Origin: Bacteroidota bacterium
GTDB taxonomy: Bacteria; Bacteroidota; Bacteroidia; Chitinophagales; Saprospiraceae
NCBI GenBank assembly: GCA_039030655.1
Contig: JBCCDS010000029.1
Coordinates: 4,672 to 68,671 of the forward strand
Reading direction: 5' to 3'
Length of the DNA stretch: 64,000 bases
This document shows, piece after piece, positions 18,125 to 27,809 of this stretch (its first letter is position 1; each line of letters opens with the position of its first letter). The translations under genes and the position numbers were made by a program. The notes under the pieces were generated by a model. The model was not told where the DNA came from. It worked only from the letters and a program-made list of their open reading frames with translations, and searched no databases.

Positions 18125-21100
18125 TTAGCGGACCACTACCATTTTTTTACTGGCTACGTATTCACCTGCGACTAAGGTGTAAGTCAGCACGCCACTAGCT
18201 TTCAGTTCAGTAGTACTAAGGTTCAGATTATTGTAACCTGCGCTGCCGTCAAACTGACGTACCAGCACTACCCGACCTGCTACATCCTGAACGGTCAACG
18301 TTACCTCTGCATCTTCTACTAGATTGAAGGCGATTTGCGTCCTGTCAGCTACTGGGTTAGGTGCATTTTGGTAAAGGTTGAAAACTTCCAGCTGCAGCTC
18401 ATCTTGACCGAAGTTTAGACCAAGGCCAAAGACTTCACCTACCGAATTGTAGGCTTCCGCACGGATAGCATCGCTAGTCACCATCAGCTGTTCGCTTAGG
18501 TTCACATCTTCTGTAGCACGGACAACCAAACTAAAGAGGACTTCATCGGTATCCAGGCTTTCCGCAAACTGGTTAAAGCTCATCGCCAATTGACCACGCT
18601 CCAGGCGGTTCAAGTTGAAGTTGGCGGTACCTAGCAATCCATAGTTCAAATCAACAAACTCCAGACTTTCTCCCAATTGCAGGGTACCCTGGAAACCAAT
18701 CAGTTCTGCAGCCTCAGCGGCGGTAAACTCAATGGTATACGTGTTCCCCGCTACTAGTTCGCGCTCCGCTACAGACAGTCCCAAGCTCGAACGACCTCCT
18801 TCTTCCATTCCTGGACGAGTGAGGCTGATATCGCCCGAAACGTTACCGACCATGATAGCGATGAAATCAGCACCACTAAGGTCACCAGACAAGTTATTGA
18901 CGTTGTATACCTCTGGGAAAGTTGTAGCCCAGGGGTTGGTAGGATTGGGGAAGACAAAGTCCGCATCAACAAAGCGCCAGGCCGAATTGAATGCATACTC
19001 TTGGTCCAGCCCCAGAATCAAGCGACGAATCGCAACTAGGTCAGTCACTGAAACCATCCGGTTACCATCCGCATCAGCTGCCAGGTATTCGTAAGGCGAA
19101 TCCAGTGCATTAATACCCAGGATGTGCTGAGTAATAAAGACCAAGTCAAGGGTAGAAATATCAAAGAGGTGGAAGCTGTAATCTTCCGAAGCAGGAGAGA
19201 TGGTGTAATCACCACCCAGCTCCAGATCGGAAACTACGTATACGCCTTGGTTGTCAGTCACTACTTGATCGGAAACTTCACCACTTACGTTTACATCCAC
19301 ACCAGGTACTAATTCAGCACCTTCCGTCAGGATAGTACCCTGGATAGATCCAGTTCCGTTTCCTGAACAGATATTATCATTGTTGAATTGTACCAGCAGG
19401 GTCGTCTCACAGTAGTCCGAATTCCCGGCTTGATCCATCGCGTAAACGCGGACGATCAGGGTCGCATCATCGTTACAAGTCAGAATAATTCCAGTATCGG
19501 CTGGATTAGGGCCTTCAAAGTCGGCCGCTGCTGCATCAGCAGCCCGGTAGATCGCATATTCTACTGGGCCAGAGCAATCTTCTGCACCACTGACAATGTA
19601 CTCGCTCGCCCAAATAGCGGCAGTACCCCCACCTAAGCCATCAGGCATTAGGGTCACTGTCAGACCATTGATACAAATAGGCGTCGGAGCCTTGGCATCC
19701 ACGATTTCGAAGATAATCAGGTCAATGTCACTATTACCACAGCCGTCCTCTGCACGAATGCGGATAGCGTGGCGACCTAACGGAAGATTATCCAGATTAA
19801 CCGTAAAGGTTCCGTCACCATTGTTGGTCACTTCACCATTTACCAGGTTGGAAGTCGTAATGAAGTCCGCTAGGTTGAGGACATCGTTACCGTCCGTATC
19901 TCCGAAGAAGGCATCAAGCTGAACCAGCGCACCGAAATCATCGGCTGAAGTACAGGCATCAGCAATGGTGAAGCCTAATTCGACATCTTCGACACAGTCG
20001 CCATCCTCATCCTCAAATGTATCAGGTATAGTGACGGTCAACTCGGGAGCAACATCGTCGTACACCTTGATAAACTGACGGTAGAGGAAGGCACCACGGC
20101 TTTCGTCCGTACCGTAGGGCTCCGTAGAAGAACCGAAGACGCGACCGTTAGGGTCGTGTAAATCTAAGGGGGAGATAAAGCCGTTGAAACGGTTATTGTC
20201 CCGGTCTAGATAAGCAATATCATCATCCAAAGTATTGATCGCACGTGGTAAGACGTGCAACCAAGTACGCTCCTCCAGGAAGTTATCGTCATCGGCATCG
20301 CGAGGAATGGTATAAGGATCTTCCTCGGTGCTATACTCACACCAGTTCAGTACTTCGTAAGTGATACGTAGTTTATAGCACTCATCGGCAGTAGCCTGGA
20401 AAGTATCGATTTCAGTAGTAGTAGTGATCAGATCACAACCCCGCTCGTCAAAGGTTACGGCATTGTAGTCGGGTTCAATACATTCCTCTGAACCAGCATC
20501 AGCGGGGAATACCACCGTGTAGTCATGGATACCCAATACCTGAATGAACTGGCTGCAAGTACCCGTAGAAACGAAGCCTTGCGCATCTTCAACGGAGAAG
20601 CTGCGAATGATCGCACCAACCCCACAAGAGTTACGCGTGTCGATTACCGATTGAGTAACGGTTATTCCAGGACAGTTGTCCAGACCGTTAGCAGCGCCGA
20701 AGATGGCGTCTAATTGAGCGCCCACGCCTACGGGGTCAGCAGCGAAAGCCGCCTCCAACTCCTGCGCCAAGGTAGCTAAATCTTCATCGTCACAAGTAGT
20801 CACCTCTGGACCAGGGGCCACACACTGAGGAGCTAATTTGTCTTCGACCAGTACGTTTAACCAGCAGGTATTGCTGTTGCCTTCGGCATCGGTCACCCGC
20901 AGTCCAATAGCTACTGTACCCAGGTGGTCACAGTTAAGGATCAGGCTTTCTTGCCAGCCTCCAGTACCAGGAAGGGGTAGGTTATCTTCACCAATAAAGG
21001 CGATTTCCCGAGTAATGCCCGAACATTCATCGTAAGAAGCACGGTCAATATCAGCAGGAACGAGGAAAGCCACCCCGGCTCCACCCAGGCTAATATCCAA

Positions 21101-23128
21101 CCCGTCTTCACAGATAGCAACGGGTGCCGTACGGTCTTCGATAGAAATAGGCACATCCAGTGTGTCGCGATTATCGCAGGCATCAGCAGCGATGTAACGT
21201 AAAACGTGTTGGCCAGCTGGAATTTCAAAGGCAGCACCATTTACCGCGAATGGTCCCAGAGCGGCAACTGCCGTGCTGCCACCAGGCAGGATGTAGGCAA
21301 CTACGGTGGGGTTGTCATCACAGTTGTCAGTCACACCTCCAGCGGGAACGATGAAGTTGGCCGAACAATCTGGGTTGCTGGTAGAGAAAATCAGCGGGTA
21401 AGCATCAGGCTCGCCGTTGAAGTCCAGATCCTGAGAAGGAGGCGTAATGGTTGGTGCATCAAAGTCACCGACTTTGACTAATTGTTGGAAAGTTTCTACT
21501 TCGTCGGGCTGACACCAGTCAATGACGGTGAAGGTCCGCACGAACTTGTAGGTCTGTTCGCAAGTCTGAATCCGGGGGCCGTCCTCGAAAGTGGAGCCGA
21601 TATTACAGAAGTTATCGTCTAGGAAGATCGGGCCGTTAGGACCTGCGAAGAAGGGATAATCACTAGGCTGTGGCTCCGGGTTAATATCACCGTACTGGTT
21701 AGGAACCGGCAGCAGTGGGAAGGTTTCGTCGCATTCGAAGATCGCTTCCTGGGCTACACCTTCTACATCATCGATAGAAGGACGGATGAAGGTAATGTCG
21801 TAACTAACTACTGCTGGTGCATTTTCTTCACCGCTGACCGAAGTACAGCTCAGACCGTCACGGGCCGTAAAAGTACGGGTGATGATAATGTCATCACAAG
21901 CACCCGTGTTGGTAACGATATCGTTGACACAAATCTCCAGATTAGAACAACCATCGAAAAAGGTTGGAATACCGCCGCCGGCCAGTAAGCGAGCGCGCAG
22001 TGCTGGGTTCATACTGTTATTCAAGGTGGCTCCGGAATCGCCGTCGGCAATCCAGCAGCGAGAAATTTCGCTAGGCAGGAGGGAGATGTTTACGGTTTCT
22101 ACGGCATCGCAGAAGAGATCATCCGGACCTTCGGGTACATTAACCGGCTCAGGAGAGGTTTTGTCTTCGGCATTAATAGTACCCCAAGCGGTAGTAAATC
22201 CAAATATTTGCTCTGGGTCGGCAGTAACCGTCCACTGCCAAACTCCACAACCATCAATAATTGGACCGTTACTTGGATCATCGTCCTGAACAACAATATT
22301 GTAAGCTTCTGGTGCAGGTACAAGTCCATTACCATCAACATCATAATCTCCTGAAAGAATCATCTCGACCACGACCATTGCCTGACAAGCATCATTCAAT
22401 GTGACATTAACATCGCTGATTGCTGCCAGATTTACTTCCTCTACCCCTGGAGGGATAACAATGACGTCATCATCAGGGTCATCGAACGAAACTCCCATAC
22501 CATCAGGCTGGAAAGTATTGAAAGAAAACTGATCGGCCGTTGCCCCGCCTCCATCTATACCGATGGTTGCAGAAGCAGCATTGTTTTGCCCACCAGCATC
22601 ATCGGCAGTTAAGTCTTGTAAGCTGAAAGCAATGATATTCGTTCCTTCCGTCAGTTGAACCTGAAAGGTGATTGGTTCAAATCCACCTATATAGTTGTAA
22701 ACATTCCATTGAATAATGAAAACTCGGTCTGGTGCTGCTCCTTGTGTTTCTACAAAAACTTGGCTATTGATTGTAGGTTCTTGAAACAGATCATCCCATA
22801 GAGGGAAGATAGCTGGACCAATGCTGGCTGGCAGAGCAGTATTCGTAAAAGGAACATCACCAGTATTAGTACCAATCAGTATCCCGCCGTTACCTCCAAT
22901 CTGGATATTAACCGGAGCGGTATATTCAACACCATAGAATGTAAAATCGAAGGGTATGAAAGAGCTTGCTTCTCCATCATCTCCGAAAGTCCCAGCAATA
23001 GTTCCCGTGCCTGAAATATCGATAAACGGCACTGTGCCCACTCCGCTAGTCACGGTGTATTGAGCCTGCAAGCTGAGACTTCCCAGGCAAAACAGACACA
23101 GTAGTAGATTTTGTAAAATTCGGTTCAT
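18125..23128 (-). CDS. Large secreted multi-domain protein with Ig/HYR-like modules, a dockerin-like segment, a cohesin-like module and a T9SS type-A sorting domain
   Basis: 1667 aa with signal peptide LFCLGSLSLQAQ and repeated D..AP....C module boundaries (DFDAPTITPP, DRTAPVAICEDG, DKLAPQCVAPG, DAKAPTPICINGL). A CarboxypepD_reg-like stretch GSIQGTILTEG...VVTDNQGVYVVSDL is present. The EF-hand dockerin-like DADGNRMVSVTDLVAIRRLILG is at nt 19007-19078. The C-terminus LYQNAPNPVADRTQIAF...VQDVAGRVV is a type-A CTD. Confidence 0.85.
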   Translation of the reverse strand: MNRILQNLLLCLFCLGSLSLQAQYTVTSGVGTVPFIDISGTGTIAGTFGDDGEASSFIPFDFTFYGVEYTAPVNIQIGGNGGILIGTNTGDVPFTNTALPASIGPAIFPLWDDLFQEPTINSQVFVETQGAAPDRVFIIQWNVYNYIGGFEPITFQVQLTEGTNIIAFSLQDLTADDAGGQNNAASATIGIDGGGATADQFSFNTFQPDGMGVSFDDPDDDVIVIPPGVEEVNLAAISDVNVTLNDACQAMVVVEMILSGDYDVDGNGLVPAPEAYNIVVQDDDPSNGPIIDGCGVWQWTVTADPEQIFGFTTAWGTINAEDKTSPEPVNVPEGPDDLFCDAVETVNISLLPSEISRCWIADGDSGATLNNSMNPALRARLLAGGGIPTFFDGCSNLEICVNDIVTNTGACDDIIITRTFTARDGLSCTSVSGEENAPAVVSYDITFIRPSIDDVEGVAQEAIFECDETFPLLPVPNQYGDINPEPQPSDYPFFAGPNGPIFLDDNFCNIGSTFEDGPRIQTCEQTYKFVRTFTVIDWCQPDEVETFQQLVKVGDFDAPTITPPSQDLDFNGEPDAYPLIFSTSNPDCSANFIVPAGGVTDNCDDNPTVVAYILPGGSTAVAALGPFAVNGAAFEIPAGQHVLRYIAADACDNRDTLDVPISIEDRTAPVAICEDGLDISLGGAGVAFLVPADIDRASYDECSGITREIAFIGEDNLPLPGTGGWQESLILNCDHLGTVAIGLRVTDAEGNSNTCWLNVLVEDKLAPQCVAPGPEVTTCDDEDLATLAQELEAAFAADPVGVGAQLDAIFGAANGLDNCPGITVTQSVIDTRNSCGVGAIIRSFSVEDAQGFVSTGTCSQFIQVLGIHDYTVVFPADAGSEECIEPDYNAVTFDERGCDLITTTTEIDTFQATADECYKLRITYEVLNWCEYSTEEDPYTIPRDADDDNFLEERTWLHVLPRAINTLDDDIAYLDRDNNRFNGFISPLDLHDPNGRVFGSSTEPYGTDESRGAFLYRQFIKVYDDVAPELTVTIPDTFEDEDGDCVEDVELGFTIADACTSADDFGALVQLDAFFGDTDGNDVLNLADFITTSNLVNGEVTNNGDGTFTVNLDNLPLGRHAIRIRAEDGCGNSDIDLIIFEIVDAKAPTPICINGLTVTLMPDGLGGGTAAIWASEYIVSGAEDCSGPVEYAIYRAADAAAADFEGPNPADTGIILTCNDDATLIVRVYAMDQAGNSDYCETTLLVQFNNDNICSGNGTGSIQGTILTEGAELVPGVDVNVSGEVSDQVVTDNQGVYVVSDLELGGDYTISPASEDYSFHLFDISTLDLVFITQHILGINALDSPYEYLAADADGNRMVSVTDLVAIRRLILGLDQEYAFNSAWRFVDADFVFPNPTNPWATTFPEVYNVNNLSGDLSGADFIAIMVGNVSGDISLTRPGMEEGGRSSLGLSVAERELVAGNTYTIEFTAAEAAELIGFQGTLQLGESLEFVDLNYGLLGTANFNLNRLERGQLAMSFNQFAESLDTDEVLFSLVVRATEDVNLSEQLMVTSDAIRAEAYNSVGEVFGLGLNFGQDELQLEVFNLYQNAPNPVADRTQIAFNLVEDAEVTLTVQDVAGRVVLVRQFDGSAGYNNLNLSTTELKASGVLTYTLVAGEYVASKKMVVVR

Positions 23129-23672
23129 ATGAGATTACGATGTACGTGAGATAAATTGCAAAAATTCATTTTTCGTGCTGAACTGATTTTTTGCGTTGGT
23201 GAATTCAGCCAGCACTTTACGACGAAACCGCTACTGCTAGGCAGTATACCCGGTGAAAAGACAGACGAAGGGGAGGGAAACAAGGGCAGCTCAATTCACC
23301 ATAGTCTTTGCCGACGTAGGCAAATGCGTGGTGTAAATGAGTGCTTGGGTATGTTTTAAGTCGCCTATCAAAACCAGGTATAGCTACTTTCACAAGTTGC
23401 TATTCTAGGCAAATATAAGCGGTAGCAGTTGAATTCCCGGACTTTTAACATACAATTCTGATGCTTGCCACTACAGTTTACCTCTAGCCACTAATAAAAT
23501 GGCCGATGCTGTGCAGGGCGTTTACACCTGCGGAAGTACCTATACAAATAGATATAAGTAAATCACCATCTGGAGTTTGGCGACCCAAGAATAGCTCATT
23601 TCAGTTAGACAATAGTTCTCAAAAATCAGCCGTGGATGCTTAACTAATTACCTCCTTTTTTGTTAATTAAGC

Positions 23673-24086
23673 ATGCGAAAAGACCATGCCATACCTCCTA
23701 CTCCCAAAGCGCCCACAGACTGGAACCCCTTGAGTCCAGAAGAGGAGTACGTTATTGCTCGCAAGGGTACTGAGCGCCCCTTTTCGGGGGAGTACAACGA
23801 CTTCAAGATAGACGGCGTTTTCGTCTGTCGCCGCTGTGATGCGCCCCTCTACGACAGTCAGGATAAATTCAGCAGCGGTTGCGGCTGGCCCAGCTTCGAC
23901 GATGAAGTGGAAGGGGCCGTACGCCATGAAACCGACGCCGACGGACGTCGCACGGAGATCCTATGCAACAACTGCGGTGGCCACCTGGGGCACGTATTTA
24001 AAGGAGAGCGGTTTACCGCCAAGAATACCCGCCACTGTGTCAATAGTCTGTCGCTTCGCTTCATCCCACGGGAAAAGCTGGCTTAA
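23673..24086 (+). CDS. msrB: Peptide-methionine (R)-S-oxide reductase
   Basis: 137 aa with [24 protein letters not shown] and [17 protein letters not shown] signatures (two CxxC zinc motifs and the catalytic region). Confidence 0.9.
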   Translation: MRKDHAIPPTPKAPTDWNPLSPEEEYVIARKGTERPFSGEYNDFKIDGVFVCRRCDAPLYDSQDKFSSGCGWPSFDDEVEGAVRHETDADGRRTEILCNNCGGHLGHVFKGERFTAKNTRHCVNSLSLRFIPREKLA

Positions 24087-24120
24087 TCAGCAAGGGTAAG
24101 TCCGCTAAATCTCTCAATTT

Positions 24121-24639
24121 TTGGACACAAAAACCATCTACCTCGGTGCTGGCTGCTACTGGAGCAAGGAGTATCACTTAAGCCGTCTGGTGGGTGTGCT
24201 GGGCACCGAGGTAGGTTTTGCCGGCGGGCAGCTCGAAAACCCCAGCTATCTGGAAGTCTGTGGCAAAAAGACTGGACATGCAGAAGTGGTTGCCGTGCGC
24301 TATCAGCCTAAGCTGTTGAGTTTTTACTGCCTTTTACAGCACTTCTTCCAGCTACATCCCGCTCAGGTCGATCGACGGAAAAATGGTGGCCAGTACCGGT
24401 CGGCTATCTTCTTCCCCAACATAGCTAACAAATTGGAAATCAGTACCATAAATTGGATGTTCGGTTTTTTGACTTCCGCAGGTCTATCCCCTACTACCGA
24501 AGTGAAAGAATCCGTTTCGTTTTTTCGGGCTATGGATCGGCATCAAGGCTACTGCGAGCGCCTAAGCAGGCCACCGAAAAACGGGCTTGGTTTTCCGCTC
24601 TACTCCTGGCCAGCAGCGCCCAGCGGCCTTATTTTATAA
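24121..24639 (+). CDS. msrA: Peptide-methionine (S)-S-oxide reductase
   Basis: 172 aa with active-site GAGCYW, then GHAEVV and GGQYRSAIFF motifs. Only a TTG start (24121) is available upstream of the catalytic Cys, because there is an in-frame stop at 24106. Confidence 0.8.
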   Translation: MDTKTIYLGAGCYWSKEYHLSRLVGVLGTEVGFAGGQLENPSYLEVCGKKTGHAEVVAVRYQPKLLSFYCLLQHFFQLHPAQVDRRKNGGQYRSAIFFPNIANKLEISTINWMFGFLTSAGLSPTTEVKESVSFFRAMDRHQGYCERLSRPPKNGLGFPLYSWPAAPSGLIL

Positions 24640-25076
24640 AATTTTAACATTTCCTTAACGCATATTTCCTCCCTTCAGGTAATTAATGGACAAAGCAGTG
24701 ATAATTCTGCGCAGAGTCACAATACCATATTTGATAAGGCATTTAGTCTTCTAAGCCGCTCAAATCAGAAGTGTTAACGGTTGCGACCGATTCGGTCTTT
24801 CTGCCAGATTATCAAGCACTTAGGTTTTCCACAATCATTGTGGATAAAAAGCTTGGCAGGCCTGTTATATGCCCGTACCTTTGTGCCCAATTCGGAATAC
24901 ACGTGAAAACGCGCATTCTGACAGCCCAGACGCTAGCCGTCCTAAGCTGTGTTTTATAATCCCATTAGTCCACACCCCAGGGACTTACAAAAAAGCTGCG
25001 TAGCGGTGAGGCGGTTCGCTCCCCAATTATAGAGGACCACCAAGTCGGCAGCTATTGTTGAACGAAATTAGTTGTG

Positions 25077-26201
25077 ATGAGCAACATTTATCGCTTGTTG
25101 AAGCTAGCCATTATTATGGTTGCTTTTAGCAGCATCTCCACCCCAGCAAACGCTAATACCCTTAGCAACACCGAAAACCTGAACAGTGCCGCCGTTTATA
25201 CGGCTAAGTTGGAGCAACTCAACTTGCCACTGTCCGTTCCGGCCACGCGTCAATTGGAGCGTAAAATTGACCAGTACGTTACTACTGGAGGCCGCAGTAC
25301 CGAGCGCATGCTAGCCCGTATGGAGCTGTATTTCCCCGTTTTTGAACGCTATCTGCTCGAGTCCAAACTACCCAATGCATTAAAGTATCTCTCCATTGCG
25401 GAGTCTTTATTGCAGTCTCGTGCCGTATCCGCAGCCAGTGCTGCTGGTTTATGGCAACTGATGCCCCGCACGGCCCGCTCTTACGGTCTGCGCGTGGATG
25501 GCATTGTAGATGAGCGCCTCGATGTACATCTGTCTACCCAAGCAGCCTTGGACATGCTCACCGAGCTCTACACCGAATATGGTGATTGGAAACTAGCGCT
25601 GGCAGCCTACAATTGTGGACCTGCCCGGGTAAACCGTGCTATCCGCCAGGCAAACAGCACCGACTATCAACAAGTAGTGCGCTTTTTGCCCCGCGAAACT
25701 CGTCAGTATCTGTCGGCTTATCTCGCAGCAGCCTATACCGCCAACTTTTACCAGGACCACGGCCTGCAACCCCGCTTATCCAATTGGAACAGCCGCGAGT
25801 TGAGTGAGTTGGTCGTCTACCGTCAGCTACGGCTGCGAGATGCGGCCGAAGTCTGTGGCATGGAATACAAAGACTTAAGTCGCCTCAACCCAGCCTTTTT
25901 GCGGGGCTACGTGCCCAACAACAAGCAAGGCTACCAACTTCTGGTCCCTGCCGAATCAGTGTATGCGCTCCAGCGCTTCGTCTGGCAACGGGATAATCTG
26001 GTACAACTACCTCGCCAGCAAGAAGCCAAGCTGGCCATTGAAGTTGCTGCGAAGCAAGGCTTTGATGCCTATCGCTGGTTGATGGGTGTCTCTACGGAAG
26101 TGTTGATCGAATACAACGACCTGAGTTTCGCCGAGTACGCAGCGGATCAGCTGGTTCTCGGTGCTTTCCGCGACGCACAAAGACAAGCTATGCGGCCGTA
26201 G
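25077..26201 (+). CDS. Lytic murein transglycosylase (SLT domain, MltD-like) with a C-terminal LysM-like region
   Basis: Signal peptide, then an SLT catalytic block LSIAESLLQSRAVSAASAAGLWQLMPRTARSYGL...AAYNCGPARV. The ORF track starts 3 nt earlier at a GTG. Confidence 0.8.
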   Translation: MSNIYRLLKLAIIMVAFSSISTPANANTLSNTENLNSAAVYTAKLEQLNLPLSVPATRQLERKIDQYVTTGGRSTERMLARMELYFPVFERYLLESKLPNALKYLSIAESLLQSRAVSAASAAGLWQLMPRTARSYGLRVDGIVDERLDVHLSTQAALDMLTELYTEYGDWKLALAAYNCGPARVNRAIRQANSTDYQQVVRFLPRETRQYLSAYLAAAYTANFYQDHGLQPRLSNWNSRELSELVVYRQLRLRDAAEVCGMEYKDLSRLNPAFLRGYVPNNKQGYQLLVPAESVYALQRFVWQRDNLVQLPRQQEAKLAIEVAAKQGFDAYRWLMGVSTEVLIEYNDLSFAEYAADQLVLGAFRDAQRQAMRP

Positions 26202-26229
26202 ACTGATAAACGATGGTGTCCGCACACAA

Positions 26230-26270
26230 GAAGCCCCCTCTCGCAAAATGTGAGAAGGGGCTTCTTTTTA
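26230..26270. terminator. Bidirectional terminator hairpin
   Basis: GAAGCCCC (26230-26237) pairs with GGGGCTTC (26257-26264), followed by TTTTTA. Lies between convergent genes. Confidence 0.6.
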
Positions 26271-26288
26271 TTACTCCCAGTTCGCAAA

Positions 26289-27773
26289 CTAGCGATTTAC
26301 GACCTTAAACAAGGCTCCAGCTGGTAGCTGCTCGGTCAGTAAAATTCCGTTGAGTACAGAGAATTCATTCAAGCGGTCACGGGTAATGCCCTCGGCCAGT
26401 AAGGCTGATTCCATCGTTCGGTTCTGGCTATTGGAAGCAATACGGAGACGCTCTGGCTGACGGTTGATGTAACGCTGGTCAGTCAGGGTAGCAAAGCTGT
26501 TGATGGTTTGCTCAATCTCCCGCTGATAGCGAGCAAAATCCTGCTTGAGGGACATCCCCGTCAGCATGTAGACATTATTGTTGTAGGCAATGAAACCAGA
26601 CTCTACGCTAATTACCTGTTGCACCTGATTGGTTTGCTGATCGCGCTGTTCGACCTCCCCCTGTACCAAATAAGCATTCAGTCCATTGATCGTAATCGGA
26701 CGGCTACTCTGTACCTGGAGGTTGTTTTGTGTAACAAACTCCTGCGCTGCTGCCTCGGGACTGCTACCTTGCGATAGTCGGAGCTGCATAACCGCTTTCT
26801 GGTTAGGATCAATCATTTGTACCATTTGTGGCGAGTTGATCGTGGTCCAATTAGTCGGCACCCGGTACTGAAAGCGCAGCTCAGGGTGATAAAACACACT
26901 GTTTTCTACATAACCTTGCCGTGGGTCCTTACCGTAGATGATACCTTCAATCATACGTAGGTAGCCATCACGATTGACTTTGAAGCTAGTCGTTCCGCCT
27001 TGTTGTGACCGTACATTGTTCTGGGCTTCTACCGCCATTTCGCGCACTCGTAATTCCCGTTGAGCAGGATCGGGATGCGTACTTAAAAAGCTGGGCGCGC
27101 GATTGTCAGATCCACCAGAGAGTCGATCCAAGGTTTCAAAGAAACCAGCCATTTCCCGAGCATCATAACCCTGCCCTGTAGAGTAGCGAACTCCTAACTG
27201 GTCAGACTGACTCTCGGCGTCACGGCTGAATTTGAGAAAGAGTAATTGCAATCCTTGCATCAGGCTTTGCCCCTGGCTTGCTAATTCTGGACTGAGGATC
27301 ATTCCTCCGATCAAACCCAGCTGTGCTAGGGTCTGCTTGGACTGTTGCTGCACCGTATGGCGGGCAGTGACGTGTCCGATCTCATGCCCCAATACGCCGG
27401 CAAATTGTGCCTCATTATTAAAATGCGCCATAATTCCCCGGGTGAAGTAGATAAAGCCACCAGGAACGGCAAAGGCATTCACTACATCAGAATCTACAAC
27501 TTTGAAGCTCCAGGGTAAGGTCGGGCGTTCTGAGGCACGAGCCATAGCCAGGCCTCGAGATTCGATAAATTGCTGTAGGGCGTCATCTGGATACAAGCCA
27601 AATTCCGCAATCACTGCGGGGTCATACTGCTGCCCCATCTGAATCTCCTGTGCCTCAGAGATCATGGAAAACTCACGACGCCCCGTAACTGGATTGCGCG
27701 TACAATCCGTAAGGCCCGTAAAGCCAATCAGGAACACCAGAGAATAAGTAAGGATTCGTTGGGTTCTTTTCAT
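26289..27773 (-). CDS. M48 family zinc metallopeptidase (BepA/Ste24-like), lipoprotein
   Basis: 494 aa with a lipobox LTDC and the HEIGHVTARH (HExxH) motif in an M48-type context, followed by a long C-terminal domain. Confidence 0.8.
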   Translation of the reverse strand: MKRTQRILTYSLVFLIGFTGLTDCTRNPVTGRREFSMISEAQEIQMGQQYDPAVIAEFGLYPDDALQQFIESRGLAMARASERPTLPWSFKVVDSDVVNAFAVPGGFIYFTRGIMAHFNNEAQFAGVLGHEIGHVTARHTVQQQSKQTLAQLGLIGGMILSPELASQGQSLMQGLQLLFLKFSRDAESQSDQLGVRYSTGQGYDAREMAGFFETLDRLSGGSDNRAPSFLSTHPDPAQRELRVREMAVEAQNNVRSQQGGTTSFKVNRDGYLRMIEGIIYGKDPRQGYVENSVFYHPELRFQYRVPTNWTTINSPQMVQMIDPNQKAVMQLRLSQGSSPEAAAQEFVTQNNLQVQSSRPITINGLNAYLVQGEVEQRDQQTNQVQQVISVESGFIAYNNNVYMLTGMSLKQDFARYQREIEQTINSFATLTDQRYINRQPERLRIASNSQNRTMESALLAEGITRDRLNEFSVLNGILLTEQLPAGALFKVVNR

Positions 27774-27809
27774 TTTTTAGTTGGTTTACCGATTTGTTGA
27801 ATCAATGTG

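Noticed and set aside
24400-24639. msrA as a pseudogene, given the TTG start and an unusual C-terminal third.
   Set aside because: The frame is intact. The catalytic GCYW and the TTEV...FF.A...HQ.Y-like C-terminal block are present. The TTG is the only start upstream of the active site. Evidence for decay is insufficient.
24640-25073. Replication origin (oriC) suggested by the perfect DnaA box.
   Set aside because: Only two boxes are present. There is no cluster of additional boxes, no obvious AT-rich unwinding element, and no dnaA/dnaN nearby. It is kept only as a possible operator.
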